Shown one piece after another: positions 9,985 to 21,689 of a stretch of 44,049 bases of DNA. The notes below the pieces were generated by a model. The model was not told the origin of the DNA and did not search any database. It was given only the letters and a program-made list of their open reading frames with translations. Every line of letters starts with the position of its first letter. Positions within the stretch are counted from its first letter, which is position 1. The position numbers were made by a program, and so were the translations under genes. Origin of the DNA: Octopus bimaculoides (Eukaryota). Location: NCBI RefSeq assembly GCF_001194135.2, contig NC_068999.1, forward strand, positions 28,194,029 to 28,238,077, given 5' to 3'.

Positions 9985-11946
9985 CTATCAAATAGAACTG
10001 AAGGCAATAGCATGAAAAGGAACTGTAAAGAGATTACACTGGGTATTAAACTTAATGTTTTAAAAAGACTTAATGCAGGAGATGAACTAAGTTATATTAC
10101 TGAAGTATTAAATCTTACAATGTTTACAGTTAGAACAATATGTGACATCAAAGAGAAAATTATGTCAAGTGCTCAAGAAGCCACTCTGTTAACTGTCCAT
10201 AGATCTAATGTAATGCTTAAAATGGAACAACTCTTGAGTATATAGATCAAAGATTAGAAACAGCATAATGTGGCAGGCAGTAAACATGTTGGTAAATTGA
10301 AAAAAAGCCAAAAGTTTATATGATGATTTGCAGGAAAAAGGTGAAACTTCTAATGAAAAACCCTTTTTGGCTAGTCAAGACTGATTTGAAGCACATGAAT
10401 TTGCACAACATAAAAATGGCTGATGAAACTGCAAGCACTGATATAGAGGCTGCTGCTAACTATCTTGCACACATGAAGAAAATGATTGCTAAAAGGGGGC
10501 TACACACCAAAGCAAATATGCAACATTAATGAAACTGCACATTTCTGGATGTGCATGCCTGGTAGAACTTTTTATTTCTCAAGAAGAAAATTCAACACCA
10601 GGATTTAAAGCTTCCAAATATCATCTGACACTTCTTTTGGGAGGAAATGCTGCTGCTGATATGAAATTAAAGCCCTTACTCATGTATCACTCTGTAAAAA
10701 CAATGGTTACATGAAATTTAATCTACCTCTGATTTGGCATTCAAATAAGGCATGAATGACTGAGAGCCTTTCCAAAGAGTGGTTTAAAAATGTTTTTTTT
10801 TTTGTCATGTAGTAGAAAGGTACAATACCTGACAATATTTCCAGCAAAGTATTGCTTCTTTTAAACAATGCACCAAGTTACCCAGTGAACTTAGATGACC
10901 TTTCTGATAATGTGAATGTAGAATATATCCCCAAGAATACTTCTTTGCTCCAGCCAATGGATCAAGGTGTGATAGCTAACTTAGAGGCATATTATATGAG
11001 AAGAACTTTCAAATAACTTCTGAAAGCAATTGACAGGGAAAGTAAACCTACAATTAGAGATTTCTGGAAGAAATTCAATGTAATAGATTCTGTGGATAAT
11101 ATAGCTGAGTTATGGGAAGAAGTGGAAAAACATATGGGCAGACTGTGACATAACAAGTGTCAAGCAGAAAGACTACATCAAATTCAGAAAGATATTGTGG
11201 CACTTACAAAGGATATAAGATTTGAAGTCATAGAGGATGATGTGATTGAGTGTCCCATCTAATGAGGAGCTGATGCTCTTAGAAAAAGAACAAGCTGAGA
11301 ATATAGATGAGACAATGGAAGTTCCTCATATACTACTTAAATTGACTATAAAAGTTATTGCTATAGGGTTGGCACTTTTAGAGGAAGGTCTGCAGGTTTT
11401 TCTGATAATGATTCTAATTGTGAACATTACATAAAAATTACAAGAGGAATTTACAAGAAACTCAGTTCCTATATTGAGCTGTACAAAGTGATGTTGTATC
11501 ATAAAAAACAAACAATAAGTTCTTCACCTCTCAAGCCATTGTTCATGATAATGGACTCCGAGATAGTAAATATTGTCCCTCATCCTCTTAGTAACACTCA
11601 TTCCACCCCCACCCCACCCCTACACACACAATAGTCAACATCTTTTGAGGTAACGTACTCTTACAATATGATTCTTATTAATTTCATAACATAATCCTCT
11701 TGAAATGTTTTTGTATTCCTATGTACTGTGTATGTTTAGAAATTGTTGTTTTCATGTATAATGGTGATCAAGTTACTTGTTCTCTGTTGTTGCCTTGTAC
11801 TTTTTTTCTGCAAAAGCCCATAGGAATACAATCTCACTTAATAACAAGAAAATCAATAGAAAAATTAATTGCACAATATGAGATTTCACATTACAGCTAG
11901 ATTTTCAGGAACACATTATTTTCATAAGGTGAGGGATTCATTCCTG
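9985..11946 (+). pseudogene. Tc1/mariner pogo/Tigger (TIGD1-like) transposase fossil
   Basis: CENP-B-type HTH (KEITLGIKLNVLKRL), NLHNIKMADETASTD, PGFKASK..LTLLLGGNAA, LLLNNAP, TSLLQPMDQGVI; Tigger-like right end ...CTG|TA at 11946. Left end not located. Confidence 0.85.
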
Positions 11947-12091
11947 TATGTATATTTCATCTAATATCTAATGTAATTGAAATTTTTTGAAAATGTGTCA
12001 CAGATAGGTTTATCAAAACTGAATAACATTCACTGAGAAAATTGATACTGAATGGCACTTTTCAATTCCATCCTTCCTACTATCAAATAAA

Positions 12092-12198
12092 GACCTCAGA
12101 ATATTATCTTCCCAAAATAACTGGACCTCAGAATATTATCTTCCCAAAGTAACTGGCAATTTACAAATGGTTCCATTTGTAAATTGCCAGTTACTTTG
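12092..12198. repeat. 32-bp tandem duplication fused to a perfect 26-bp-arm palindrome
   Basis: Units 12092-12123 and 12124-12155 differ at one base; arms 12145-12170 and 12173-12198 with a TT loop. Confidence 0.9.
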
Positions 12199-12817
12199 AG
12201 GATATCAATCAGATGTAGATTGAAAACCTAGTTTCAAAATGAAATTTTGTTTCTTTAAATCTAAAACTTTGATTGCATTCTTAAGTTTTGATGCATTATT
12301 TTTAATTTATTCTGTTTAGTACATATGATGTTTCAACCATTATGGAGGTTTTAAGCCTTCTCAATGTAGCTGTTATGGCATTGTCTTATTTTTATTCTAA
12401 TACTAATTTCATAATGCAACCATCTCAATTTGTTTTAAAGAAAAGCACTTTTCTAATTCAGTCCTTCTTGATATTCTGTATAAGCATCCTTCCTGTATCC
12501 TACTTTCTTCCATAACAAATCATTATCGTACTATATATTTTAACTAGCCTCTGGTTAATTAAAATATATACTGTATGATCCAATTTTATATTTTATTTTT
12601 TTATGAGAACGTTCTTGACTGTAGCAGTGGTGTAGTTGACTACACCTTTGCTATGTTCAAAAGGAAATCAACTCTTGCTATTGAAACTTGGGTGTATAAC
12701 TCAATTAATTCAACTACTAATTTTGTTCTACTAATCCTTTTCTTAATGTATTTTAGTATTGTTGACTCTCTTGCTTTGTTTTTCTTTTTTATACATTGTG
12801 TTTTTTTTTTTTAACAG

Positions 12818-12830
12818 ATTATAAACACTG
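12818..12830 (+). other. Candidate 13-nt micro-exon of an unidentified host gene
   Basis: Long T tract plus AACAG acceptor, ATTATAAACACTG, then GTAAGA donor; no transcript evidence. Confidence 0.35.
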
Positions 12831-13065
12831 GTAAGAACAACAACAGTAATAGGTTTCAAATAAAGAAAGGCCATATTACTGAAATGGCAAACAAAATTAA
12901 AGATGGGATCCAAATTGGAGCCATGATGTCAAGCAAAAAAAGTAAGACTTTTTGTATCATTGAGTTTTGGAAAGCAGGCTTTTTTTTATTGTTAAATACA
13001 AAAATATTCTGTTTCATTGTTGTGGATAAATAATGCAGGTCATTTGATTTCACTTTTCTTTTTAG

Positions 13066-13112
13066 CTAACTCTTTTCCTGAGAGATATCTTGTCAACCAA
13101 TTACCTGCTTGA
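13066..13112 (+). other. Candidate terminal coding exon
   Basis: CACTTTTCTTTTTAG acceptor; phase-1 compatible with the micro-exon (IINT-ANSFPERYLVNQLPA*); AATAAA at 13113-13118. Confidence 0.25.
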
Positions 13113-13420
13113 AATAAAATACTTTCTTCAAATTGCATCCTACTATCTTGAGGGCAATTAGTCATAATCATATTTTTGTTTGGTTTTTAAATCTTATTCA
13201 TCAGTGAATGTAGCAGAGATAACACCTCAGATATGTGAGCAATAGTTCAATGAGGGCTATATTCAGGCTTTGAAGAGGATCAGTATCTGATTAAAGCTGA
13301 AGTTTTTTTCTGGTCCTGAAAAGAACACATTGTTTTTGATATCACAACATATTTGTGAGGTTGCCATGAGACATATCAGAATACATGAGGTCTAGCATCT
13401 GTCACAAGTTTGAGGACTAT

Positions 13421-13560
13421 CATCATCATCATTTAACATCTGTTTTCTATGCTGGAATGGGTTAGATGGTTTTTAATAAGAGCTGGTAAGCCAGAGGACT
13501 GTGCTGAGCTCTACTGTCAGCTTTAACTTTGATGTTGCTGTTAAAATATGAGACAATGAA
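13421..13560 (-). mobile_element. Old (GAT)n-tailed LINE/SINE 3' end
   Basis: CATCATCATCATTTAACATCTGTTTTCTATGCTGGAATGGG is a diverged version of the tail at 37215. Confidence 0.65.
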
Positions 13561-13599
13561 TTTGGTAGATGTTACCTTATGTCTGTTTTTGAACCAGTA

Positions 13600-14960
13600 T
13601 TCTTGATTTTTGTAGGGTTGGTGTAGTTGTACAACTGCATCTGATAATAGCAAAAGGATGTATGACTTGAAATTTGGAGAGTGGGTTAGTTATGTCAAAG
13701 ATTGTGATTTTGCTCAGTTTTCAAATTTTAATGTTAGTACCAACAGTTGTAGATGTTACTTTATGCAATGATTCATTCAGGACTAGATGTATTTGTGATT
13801 TTATCTAGCCCTGATGTTTTGGTGTTTTTAGATTTCCCTGTTCCTTTTGGGGTTTCTAGGAAGGAGGTACATATTTCTTGTTTTGTATTTTTGTCTTCTT
13901 AGTAGAGCTTTTAGACACTGATTTTTGAGAAATGTTTGTTTGCTTGATGTTACTGTGTATTTAGAGTTACTATTATGTCATGGAGTGCAGTGTGACGTGT
14001 TCATTATGCCAATAACTCTATATAGTGTTTTGCAGTTTTTGTAATTCATCTTGGATAGAAGATTTTACCATTTTTATGTTCTGCTGTACTTTTGGGTTTT
14101 TTAACTTGTATTAGTTATTTGTTGCTGAGTTTTATCTCTGTTGTATGGTTTTGATATATTGTGTTTGAGGATGGCTATTTCTGATGTGTGATTAGAATTG
14201 TATTTGTTATGTTGCCTTGTGGATACTAATTTTTGAAGTGTCTATTTTTACTTTACAGAAGAGTCAATGTTGATGAAGTGTAGTGTTGTTGAATTTTCAA
14301 GCTTTGATTTTGTTTCTTGATGGAACCCATTCCACTGGGCTTTTATGGAGTTTGTGTAAGTGCTGTTGTTTTGTTGTATTGTGGAAGTGTGTTATGATGC
14401 TAATTAGTAAGTGGTTTGAAGAGAGATGGAGAATTGTTAGCCACGTGGTTGTAGTAGATATGTGAAACAGAAAGTGATATCTGGAGAAGAATTGTTAAAA
14501 GTTAGGTTGGTGAGGTGCCTGTTGGTGTGAGCTGTTTATGATGTTATATGTATTAAAGTCTCCCTCTCCCAATTATGCCATTTAGGAAAGTGTTAAGATG
14601 TTGAACCTGATGGAATATTTAGGGAGTTTTGTGTTTGTGTTTTAATGTAATTTGTGTTGTTGGCTTCCATATTGAAATTTGTTTTTAACTTTCAGCTAGG
14701 AGGGATGGTTATGCTCATGATCTTTTACAGGGCTTCCAAGATTGGTAAGAGGGACAGAAGAAGGAAACCTGAGACCTGGTCCATGTACTTGCAGACACCC
14801 AAATATCCAAGTTGGTAGTGTTTAACTGAGCAATAGATGACGTGTACCAACTAGGTAGGCCATGACAGTATTTGAACTCAGAATCACTATTGTTATCTGG
14901 TCCAGCTTGCTCAAACATGTTTAACCCAAACAGGCCATCCATCTCAGTCCAACATTAGTT
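13600..14960 (-). mobile_element. Probable heavily decayed Penelope-like RT region
   Basis: Strong G/T skew on the plus strand; minus-strand remnants QWNGFHQETK and KN*YPQGNITNTI resemble PLE RT C-terminal motifs. Weak. Confidence 0.4.
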
Positions 14961-15309
14961 GAAGGAGACCTTCAGGAAAGCATCCAGTGTCTATGCTGTG
15001 TTGATCTACATATGTTATGTTTGGATGACCTATTCGAGTAAGGCTATGCTTTGGCATCCACATCACTAGGTCACATGCATGCACTTGTTCAGCTCGCTAG
15101 CAAAGCACTGGCATCTTCCCCTTATTTTGGTGGAAACAGGCAGATCTTCATACAGCTCTTTCTTAGTGAGATGAGTTCTCCAAGATATGTTTAAGATTGC
15201 TCTTAACATTCAGGTAAGTTCTATCTAACCTGAATTCCAGTTTTGTTGTAAACATCCAGGCTGTTGCTCCTTATAAGACTGGCTACTGTTGCATGGAAAA
15301 AATTCCTTT

Positions 15310-15657
15310 TAAAGGGTGTCTGACAAAGTTGATTTCCAGACAACATCCAGTTTGTTTAGTGCCAACCATGCTTTGGCTGTCTGAGTTTTTTTTTATATCC
15401 TTTTGGACATCTAGCTCAATAAATAATTAATGTAGACTATGCTAATTGTTTAGTCTTGCTCTCTGACACAATATCAAACTCCACCTAATTACTTTATAGT
15501 CTAGAATTAGCTGCACATGATGTTGGATTATTTAATCTTAGTAAAACCAAATTCATTGCTCACAATCAACAAGGATCCATCACCAACATCAGCGGAGATC
15601 CTATCAATCATGTTGATGATTTCACATACCTCGGTTCTAAGATAGCCTCAACTGAAC
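15310..15657 (+). mobile_element. Non-LTR retrotransposon RT fragment (RT domains 5-7, RTE-like)
   Basis: VDYANCLVLLSD...GLFNLSKTKF...VDDFTYLGSKIASTE with one internal stop. Confidence 0.75.
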
Positions 15658-15692
15658 TCAGAATGCAGGAAAGAAATGGAACAGAAACTGCA

Positions 15693-15915
15693 AGTCATTT
15701 GGTATTCTTTTACATGTTTCAGTCATTTGACTGTGGCCATGCTGGAGCACCACCTTAGTCAAAGAAATCGACCCCAGGACTTATTCTTTGTAAGCCTAGC
15801 ACTTATTCTAATGGTATCTTTTGCTGAACCGCTAAGATATGGGGACATAAACATACCAACATCGGTTGTCAAGCAGTGGTGGTGGGGACAAACATAGACA
15901 CAAAGACATGCACAC
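15693..15915 (-). mobile_element. tRNA-derived SINE, 3' part (interrupted by hAT)
   Basis: About 80% identical to 20613-20800 and 40583-40790 (TTTCAGTCATTTGACTG..CCATGCTGGAGCACC..GACCCCAGGACTTATTCTTTGTAAGCCTAG). Confidence 0.85.
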
Positions 15916-18900
15916 CATTGGCATAGCTAGGGTATGGCAGGCAGAGCACTTGCCATGGGCGCAGTTCTGAGGGGGGCACAATTTTGAGTTGTGAATGAGT
16001 AAAGTAATTTAATTTTGGCAAATATTTCAGTCCATTCATGCACATACATGTATGCTGCGGCAAATTTTGTTGATGTGTGGGTGGTCTCAAGGATGTGGGC
16101 CAATGCATTGCTAGTCGCATTTTGCGCCCGCACCAAGAAAACCACCCCACCACGATATTTGTTGTTTTGAATCAAGAAGAATGCTGGTAGACCATAGTGC
16201 CCCCCGCAAGTTAATATCCTTCTGCCTTCAGACCATCATCGGTGCACTTCCCCCTCTACCCTCGCTTGTCAAAGTATGCATTTGCTAGTTTTTTAATTGG
16301 TTACCAGCCAAGTAAGCCATTTGAGCTGTACACTCCCTTGCAAATTCGCCCGCAGCTTAGTCAGAGGTAGCTACTTCCCTTAACATTTAAAGCTCTATAT
16401 GTATAGCTATTTGGCTGATAATTGTCAACATTCTCTGCAAACAATTGGTTGTTTCGGCAATTTCAGATCATTAATCTTTACACTGACGATCTTCTTGGGA
16501 ATTAATCGTTATGTTTCTTGCTTGCTCAATGTTGATCATACTTGCGTGAGTAAATATTTCCTATGTTCTTATGCCTATGCACAGTGGTAGATTTAGTTTC
16601 AAAAAGGGTCTGAAAGATTATTTCTGATATGATTTTTTTCACTTGTATATGCAAGCAGAGTAAGTTTTCAATGCTAAAACATAAACATGAGCCAAATTTG
16701 TATACATGTTTTCTAACCAGACCCACTCAAAACGATCCAATCAAAAATCTTTAATGTTGATGCATATTATTTTTCAAATACTGCAATGGTACAGGCTCAA
16801 AATAATTGGCTTTTTACTGAAAATATTGGGAAACTGTCAAAATTGTATCGCATACAGAAAAAATTGTCAATCTTTACCTCATGTGTGACTGAATATTGAA
16901 AAAAGTAAATAAGTAGTATACTCAATATTGTAAAACTCAGTATTTACTCCCCGGGATGAATTGGGATTTTTATTTTACCACAGTGGTATGCAGCGTTTCT
17001 TGCTCTATATGATGTAAAAGAATTGAAGTGCATAGATCTGCGTAGAGCGAGGTTATCCGGGATAATATTCTTTAATCTTCATAGCTATACTGACTTTGAT
17101 GAAGGTCGCTCATACATTATGCTCACCCAGTTGCTGTAATAAGTAAGAATAGTGCCTTCAAAGTTTTTCAGTCATTTTAGCATATTACCTCAATGATATG
17201 GCTAAAAATAGATAATTTCTCAAGAATGAGTTTGTTTTCACATCATTTAACGATATTTTATAGAGAAATAAGTAGTATATTCCAAGAAATAAAAGTCCAT
17301 ATTATTTTCCCGCAGTGACTTGGGATGTTTATTTTTCCACCATTGTGTGGAGTGTTACTTAATCTATCTAATACAAAATGATTGAAGTGGGTAGATCTGC
17401 ATAGAGAAAAGTTATTGTACATAACATGCTTTAATAGAGCTATATTGCTTGCAATGAATAATGCTTATATGCTCGCCTAGAACATATTTAAAATAAAAAA
17501 TGGTCTATGCAAAGGTGTTTTCATAGTCACTTAGTCATTTTTCATAAGTATGACATTAAAAAATAGAAAAGATCTTAAGAATGTGCATTCAATCGAATGT
17601 ATGTGATTAATGGCTCAGTCATATTACTGGCACTTGTGCTGTGCTGTAACGCATTGAGCCAACGCGTTGGAAGCTTCATATGACTCCACCTATGAGTCAT
17701 ACCCTGCCGTACATCGATCATTATAATCATTGACATACATTGCTGCCATATCCGCCAAAAAATTCAAGACTTTTTAAAAATTAACTTGATAAATAATTCT
17801 GGCGGGTTTAACGGGCAAATCTACCACTGTGCTATGTTTGAATTTTTTGTGATTTTTCAAGCAATGGTTTCTTGCTTTTAGAAAATTGTTATAAAAAGAT
17901 GAAAAGATCATTAACTAAGGAAAAAAATGGAGCAGAAGGGCGAAAAAAACGCAAGTTGGAGGCAGAAGAATCTAAGAAGTTGAACAAAGTCTTCATGTCC
18001 CTCTTTGTAAAACATGCCGATAGTTCTTCATCACCTACCAAGAGGTCGCCTGGAGTTCAACCGTGCATTTTATTGTCCAATTCTGCTTCGTGCAACAATC
18101 CCCCTCAAACTGATGCAGAAGACAATTGTCTTAAGTCTGACAACAGTGAAAACAAACTTGAAATCAATATGATCGGAAACACTAACACTGCACTTGAAGA
18201 AGTGATCTAACAGCATGACATTGGACTCCTTAATTTTGACATGAATATTGAGAAGGCAATAGTTCCTAGATATTGGAGGATAGAAATAGTTAAGCTAGGC
18301 TGGAAGGACTGTGAAGGACCTTTCTTGCCAACAAATAACCACTCAATGAATAAAAACTGGTTCAAAAGGAAATTGGGAAATGGTCGAGGTGAGGAGCAGG
18401 TTCGCACATGGCTATTCTATTCCCCTCATAAGAAGTCTGCATTCTGTTTGTGTTGTCTACTTTTTTCCCCGATCAGATTATCAATCGTCATTAGAGCAGG
18501 AAAGTAGATTTTACCAGTGGAAAGTGCCTGAACAAATGTTGGTTCATAAAAATACTAAGAATCATCGAGATAGCTTCACACAGTGGAAAGAAATGGAAAG
18601 AAATCTAACCAATAACAAGTGTTTCATAGACGCTGCTCTCAAGTCACAAACCGACCATGATAAGCAAAGATGGTGTGATGTTTTGACGAGAATTCTACAT
18701 TGCATTAAGTTTCCTGCTACTCAGAATTTGGCTTTGCGAAGTCATAGGGAGTCACTTCAGTTGACTGAAGACTCAAATGTTGTTAAATTTCTTGGTTTGC
18801 TCAATACTTTTGGCCACCTTTGATCCCATCATAAAAGAACACCTTTGCTATGTAGAGAGTCACCTTGGATTGACATCTTACTTTTCACCTGATGTTCAGA

Positions 18901-20584
18901 ATGAATTTATTTACCTCATGGCATCAGCTGTTTGTCAGAATCTGCTAAAGGACATTTGCAGGGCCAAGTGTTATGGTCTCATGTTCAACACAACCTCTGA
19001 TAGAGCACATCGTGTGTAGATTTCGCAGGTAGTATAGTATGTTGAAGTTGACTTTGAAAGAAAGCGCGTTCAGGTGAGAGAAACCTTCCTTGGGTTCATT
19101 CAGGCAGGCGAAAAGGATGCAGAGAGTTTAGTTGATGTAATTTTGAAGCAGTTGGCCAATGATGAAATGGTGTTGGAAGATTGTAGGTCCCAGTGCCATG
19201 ATAATGCAGCTGTGGTGGCTGGGCACAGAAGCAGGGTCCAGCAGAGAATCAGTGAAAAGAACAAATTGGCCCTATACGTAAATTTTGATAACCATTCGTT
19301 AAACTTAGTTGGCCTACACGCAGCTAAACACGAGTTGGTGATGTCTGCATTTTTTGGCACAATCAAAACACTCTACATATTCTTTTCTTGTTCGACACAC
19401 CACTGGAAAAACTGAAGGCCATAATGCTAATGGTTCTTAAGTTGCAATCTGAAACGAAATGGAGTGCTTGGATGGATGCAGTTAAAAATGTAAGAAACTA
19501 CCTCAATGAAATTCTACAAGTTCTTCAAGACATCGTCGACAATGAAAACGTGGCAACTGAGACACCGAATGACGCAAAGTTGCTGTTTAACCATTACATG
19601 GCTTGGTTTCTGGAATAGCGTCCTCACACAGATTGATCATGTTCAAAAGAGGATTCAGGATCCGACAAATTTCCATGATGCATCTCTCGACTTGAAAGGT
19701 CTCTGCGACTACTTTATCACTTCCAGAGAAGTTTTAGTGGCTGGTTCAGTCGAAGAAGGACTGAGCATTTGCAGAAGGTGACAAGTTGATGTCAAACCAT
19801 GTTGAAGATCTCAATGTGTCATTCACAATGTTTCCATCAACGCTGAGCTGTCAGCAAAAAATAACATGCGAAAAACAATGAATGGGACTATCAACCATCT
19901 TCTTAAAGAAATGAATGTGAGGTTTTCCCGGCTGCATGATCTTGACACCAAATTTGGCTTCCTTATTGATGTCCAGTTTTTGTGTAATGGCAGTTTTGCA
20001 GATCTCCGAACATGTTGCAATACCTTTAGAAATGTCTACAGCAACGATATTGATGCAACTGAACTTTTCGAAGAAATCCTTGATTCCAGAATGCTACTTG
20101 AAGGTTACAAACACCTCCAAATATCAAATCTGGAGGAGCTTCTCCAATTTATCATCCAATATGGAGACGAAAGTGCTTTCCCTAACCTTCGCGTCGCGAT
20201 ACAAATTCTGCTGACAGTAGCTGTTTCCATTGCTGGTTGCAAGAGATCCTTCAGCAAGCTGAACTTGATCATGTCCTTCCTGTGAACTTCTATGACACAA
20301 GGAAGATTTCGTGACCTCGCGTTGCTGAGCATCAACCAAGAAGAAGTGGAGAACACCAATTTCAATTGTATCCTTAATAACTTGGCGTTGAAGAAAGCTT
20401 GAAGGGCACTTCTTTAAAAAAGTCAATGTCTACTTTTTGAATAGATAAATTTTATGAATATTTTCTGACTAAATAACTGTTTCGTTTTCTCTTAAAAATG
20501 GGTCGGATGGGTTAGGTTTGGAAATAGGGGGGGGGGAAGATTTTGGCTTTGCCCTGGACACCATTTACCCTAGCTACGCCACTG
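15916..20584 (+). mobile_element. Full-length (4669 bp) decayed hAT transposon, ZMYM1-like/Tip100-type transposase
   Basis: Terminal inverted repeats (TIRs) CATTGGCATAGCTAGGGTA and TACCCTAGCTACGCCACTG match 17/19; degenerate 8-bp TSD ATGCACAC/ACACATAC. Confidence 0.9.
17872..20415 (+). pseudogene. hAT transposase (TTF-type zinc finger, DUF4371-like region, C-terminal dimerisation domain), fragmented
   Basis: RTWLFYSPHKKSAFCLCCLLF, QNLALRSHRE, SPDVQNEFI, CRSQCHDNAAVVAG, DNHSLNL, ETKWSA and FPNLRVAIQILLTVAVSIAGCKRSFSKL, spread over at least 8 broken ORFs. Confidence 0.9.
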
Positions 20585-20612
20585 ACACATACACAAATAT
20601 ATATACATATAT

Positions 20613-21033
20613 ATTCATTTCATTCGTTTTGACTGCAGCCATGCTGGAGCACTGCCTTTAGTCGAGCAAATTGACCCCAGGACTTATTCTTTGTAAGCCT
20701 AGTACTTATTCTATCAGTCACTTATGCCAAACCGCTAAGTTACAGAGATGTAAACACACCAGCATCGATGTCAAGCGATGTTGGAGAGGGACACACAGAC
20801 ATATACATACACATATATATACATATATACGATGGGCTTCTTTCAGTTTCCGTCTACCAAATCCACACACAACGGGCTTCTTTCAGTTTCCATTTACCAA
20901 ATCCACTCACAAGGCTTTGGTTGGGCTGAGGCCATAGTAGAAGACACTTGCCCAAGGTGCCACACAGTGGGACTGAATCCGGAACCATGTGGTTGGGAAG
21001 CAAGCATCTTACCACACAGCCATGCCTGCACCT
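20613..21033 (-). mobile_element. tRNA-derived SINE with Pol III A/B boxes (composite of two copies)
   Basis: A-box-like TGGCTGTGTGGT (reverse complement of 21011-21022), B-box-like GGTTCCGGATTCAGTCCC (reverse complement of 20969-20986), internal TA/CA microsatellite, 40-bp duplication at 20833-20912. Confidence 0.85.
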
Positions 21034-21351
21034 ATGACATTTTTACAGTTCCACCAATTGACTGCCTTGGATTGGTATTTTCTTTTTTATATATAACTCA
21101 ATAGATGAAAGGCAGAGTTGAATTAAGTAGGATTCAAATGCAGAAAATTGAAACAGATACCACAAAGTATTTTGTCCAGTGTTTGGATGACTTTGTCAGT
21201 ACCTGTACTTTTACATTTTGTCATTATAGCACTAGCTTCCAAGTGTTATTTGTAGTATTTATGTACTGGCTGCATGATTTTATGTGTGCTATTAAGATCT
21301 TCTCCATGATAACACTGCCCAGCTTTATTGGAAAGTAATATAAAATATGGA

Positions 21352-21480
21352 GTCATCATCATCAACACCATTGTTTTAAATGTCCACTTTTTCATGCTTG
21401 CATGGGTCAGACAAAGCTTATTGAAGCTGATTTTTCTATGATCAAATGCCCATCTTGTTACCAACCCTCACCTGTTTCCT
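21352..21480 (-). mobile_element. Old (GAT)n-tailed LINE/SINE 3' end
   Basis: CATCATCATCAACACCATTGTTTTAAATGTCCACTTTTTTCATGCTTGCATGGG. Confidence 0.55.
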
Positions 21481-21689
21481 AATATTGACCCTTGGCTCAG
21501 CTTGTCTTTTACAGAAAATTGGAAATGAATACTCCTTGTTTGACAGTGACACTTATTTACAATTATCACTTGGTAACAAGAAGACATACTCTCATATATA
21601 CACACACACACACACACACATGATGGCTATCCACTTATGGCTAACGAAAACCATCACTGACCATTAAGAACACTGTGCACTCAGACAAA

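Noticed and set aside
12856-13053. Hydrophobic 65-aa minus-strand ORF
   Set aside because: AT-rich composition readily yields such peptides; no motif or splice support.
15120-15218. Strong donor CAG|GTAAGT at 15212 and a YFG-ETGRS-like GIY-YIG remnant
   Set aside because: All three frames upstream of the donor are closed, and the endonuclease similarity needs a frameshift and is too short.
17659-17701. Palindrome CCAACGCGTTGG and inverted ATGACTC/GAGTCAT (AP-1-like) upstream of the hAT ORF
   Set aside because: Short motifs are expected by chance and there is no independent support for promoter function.
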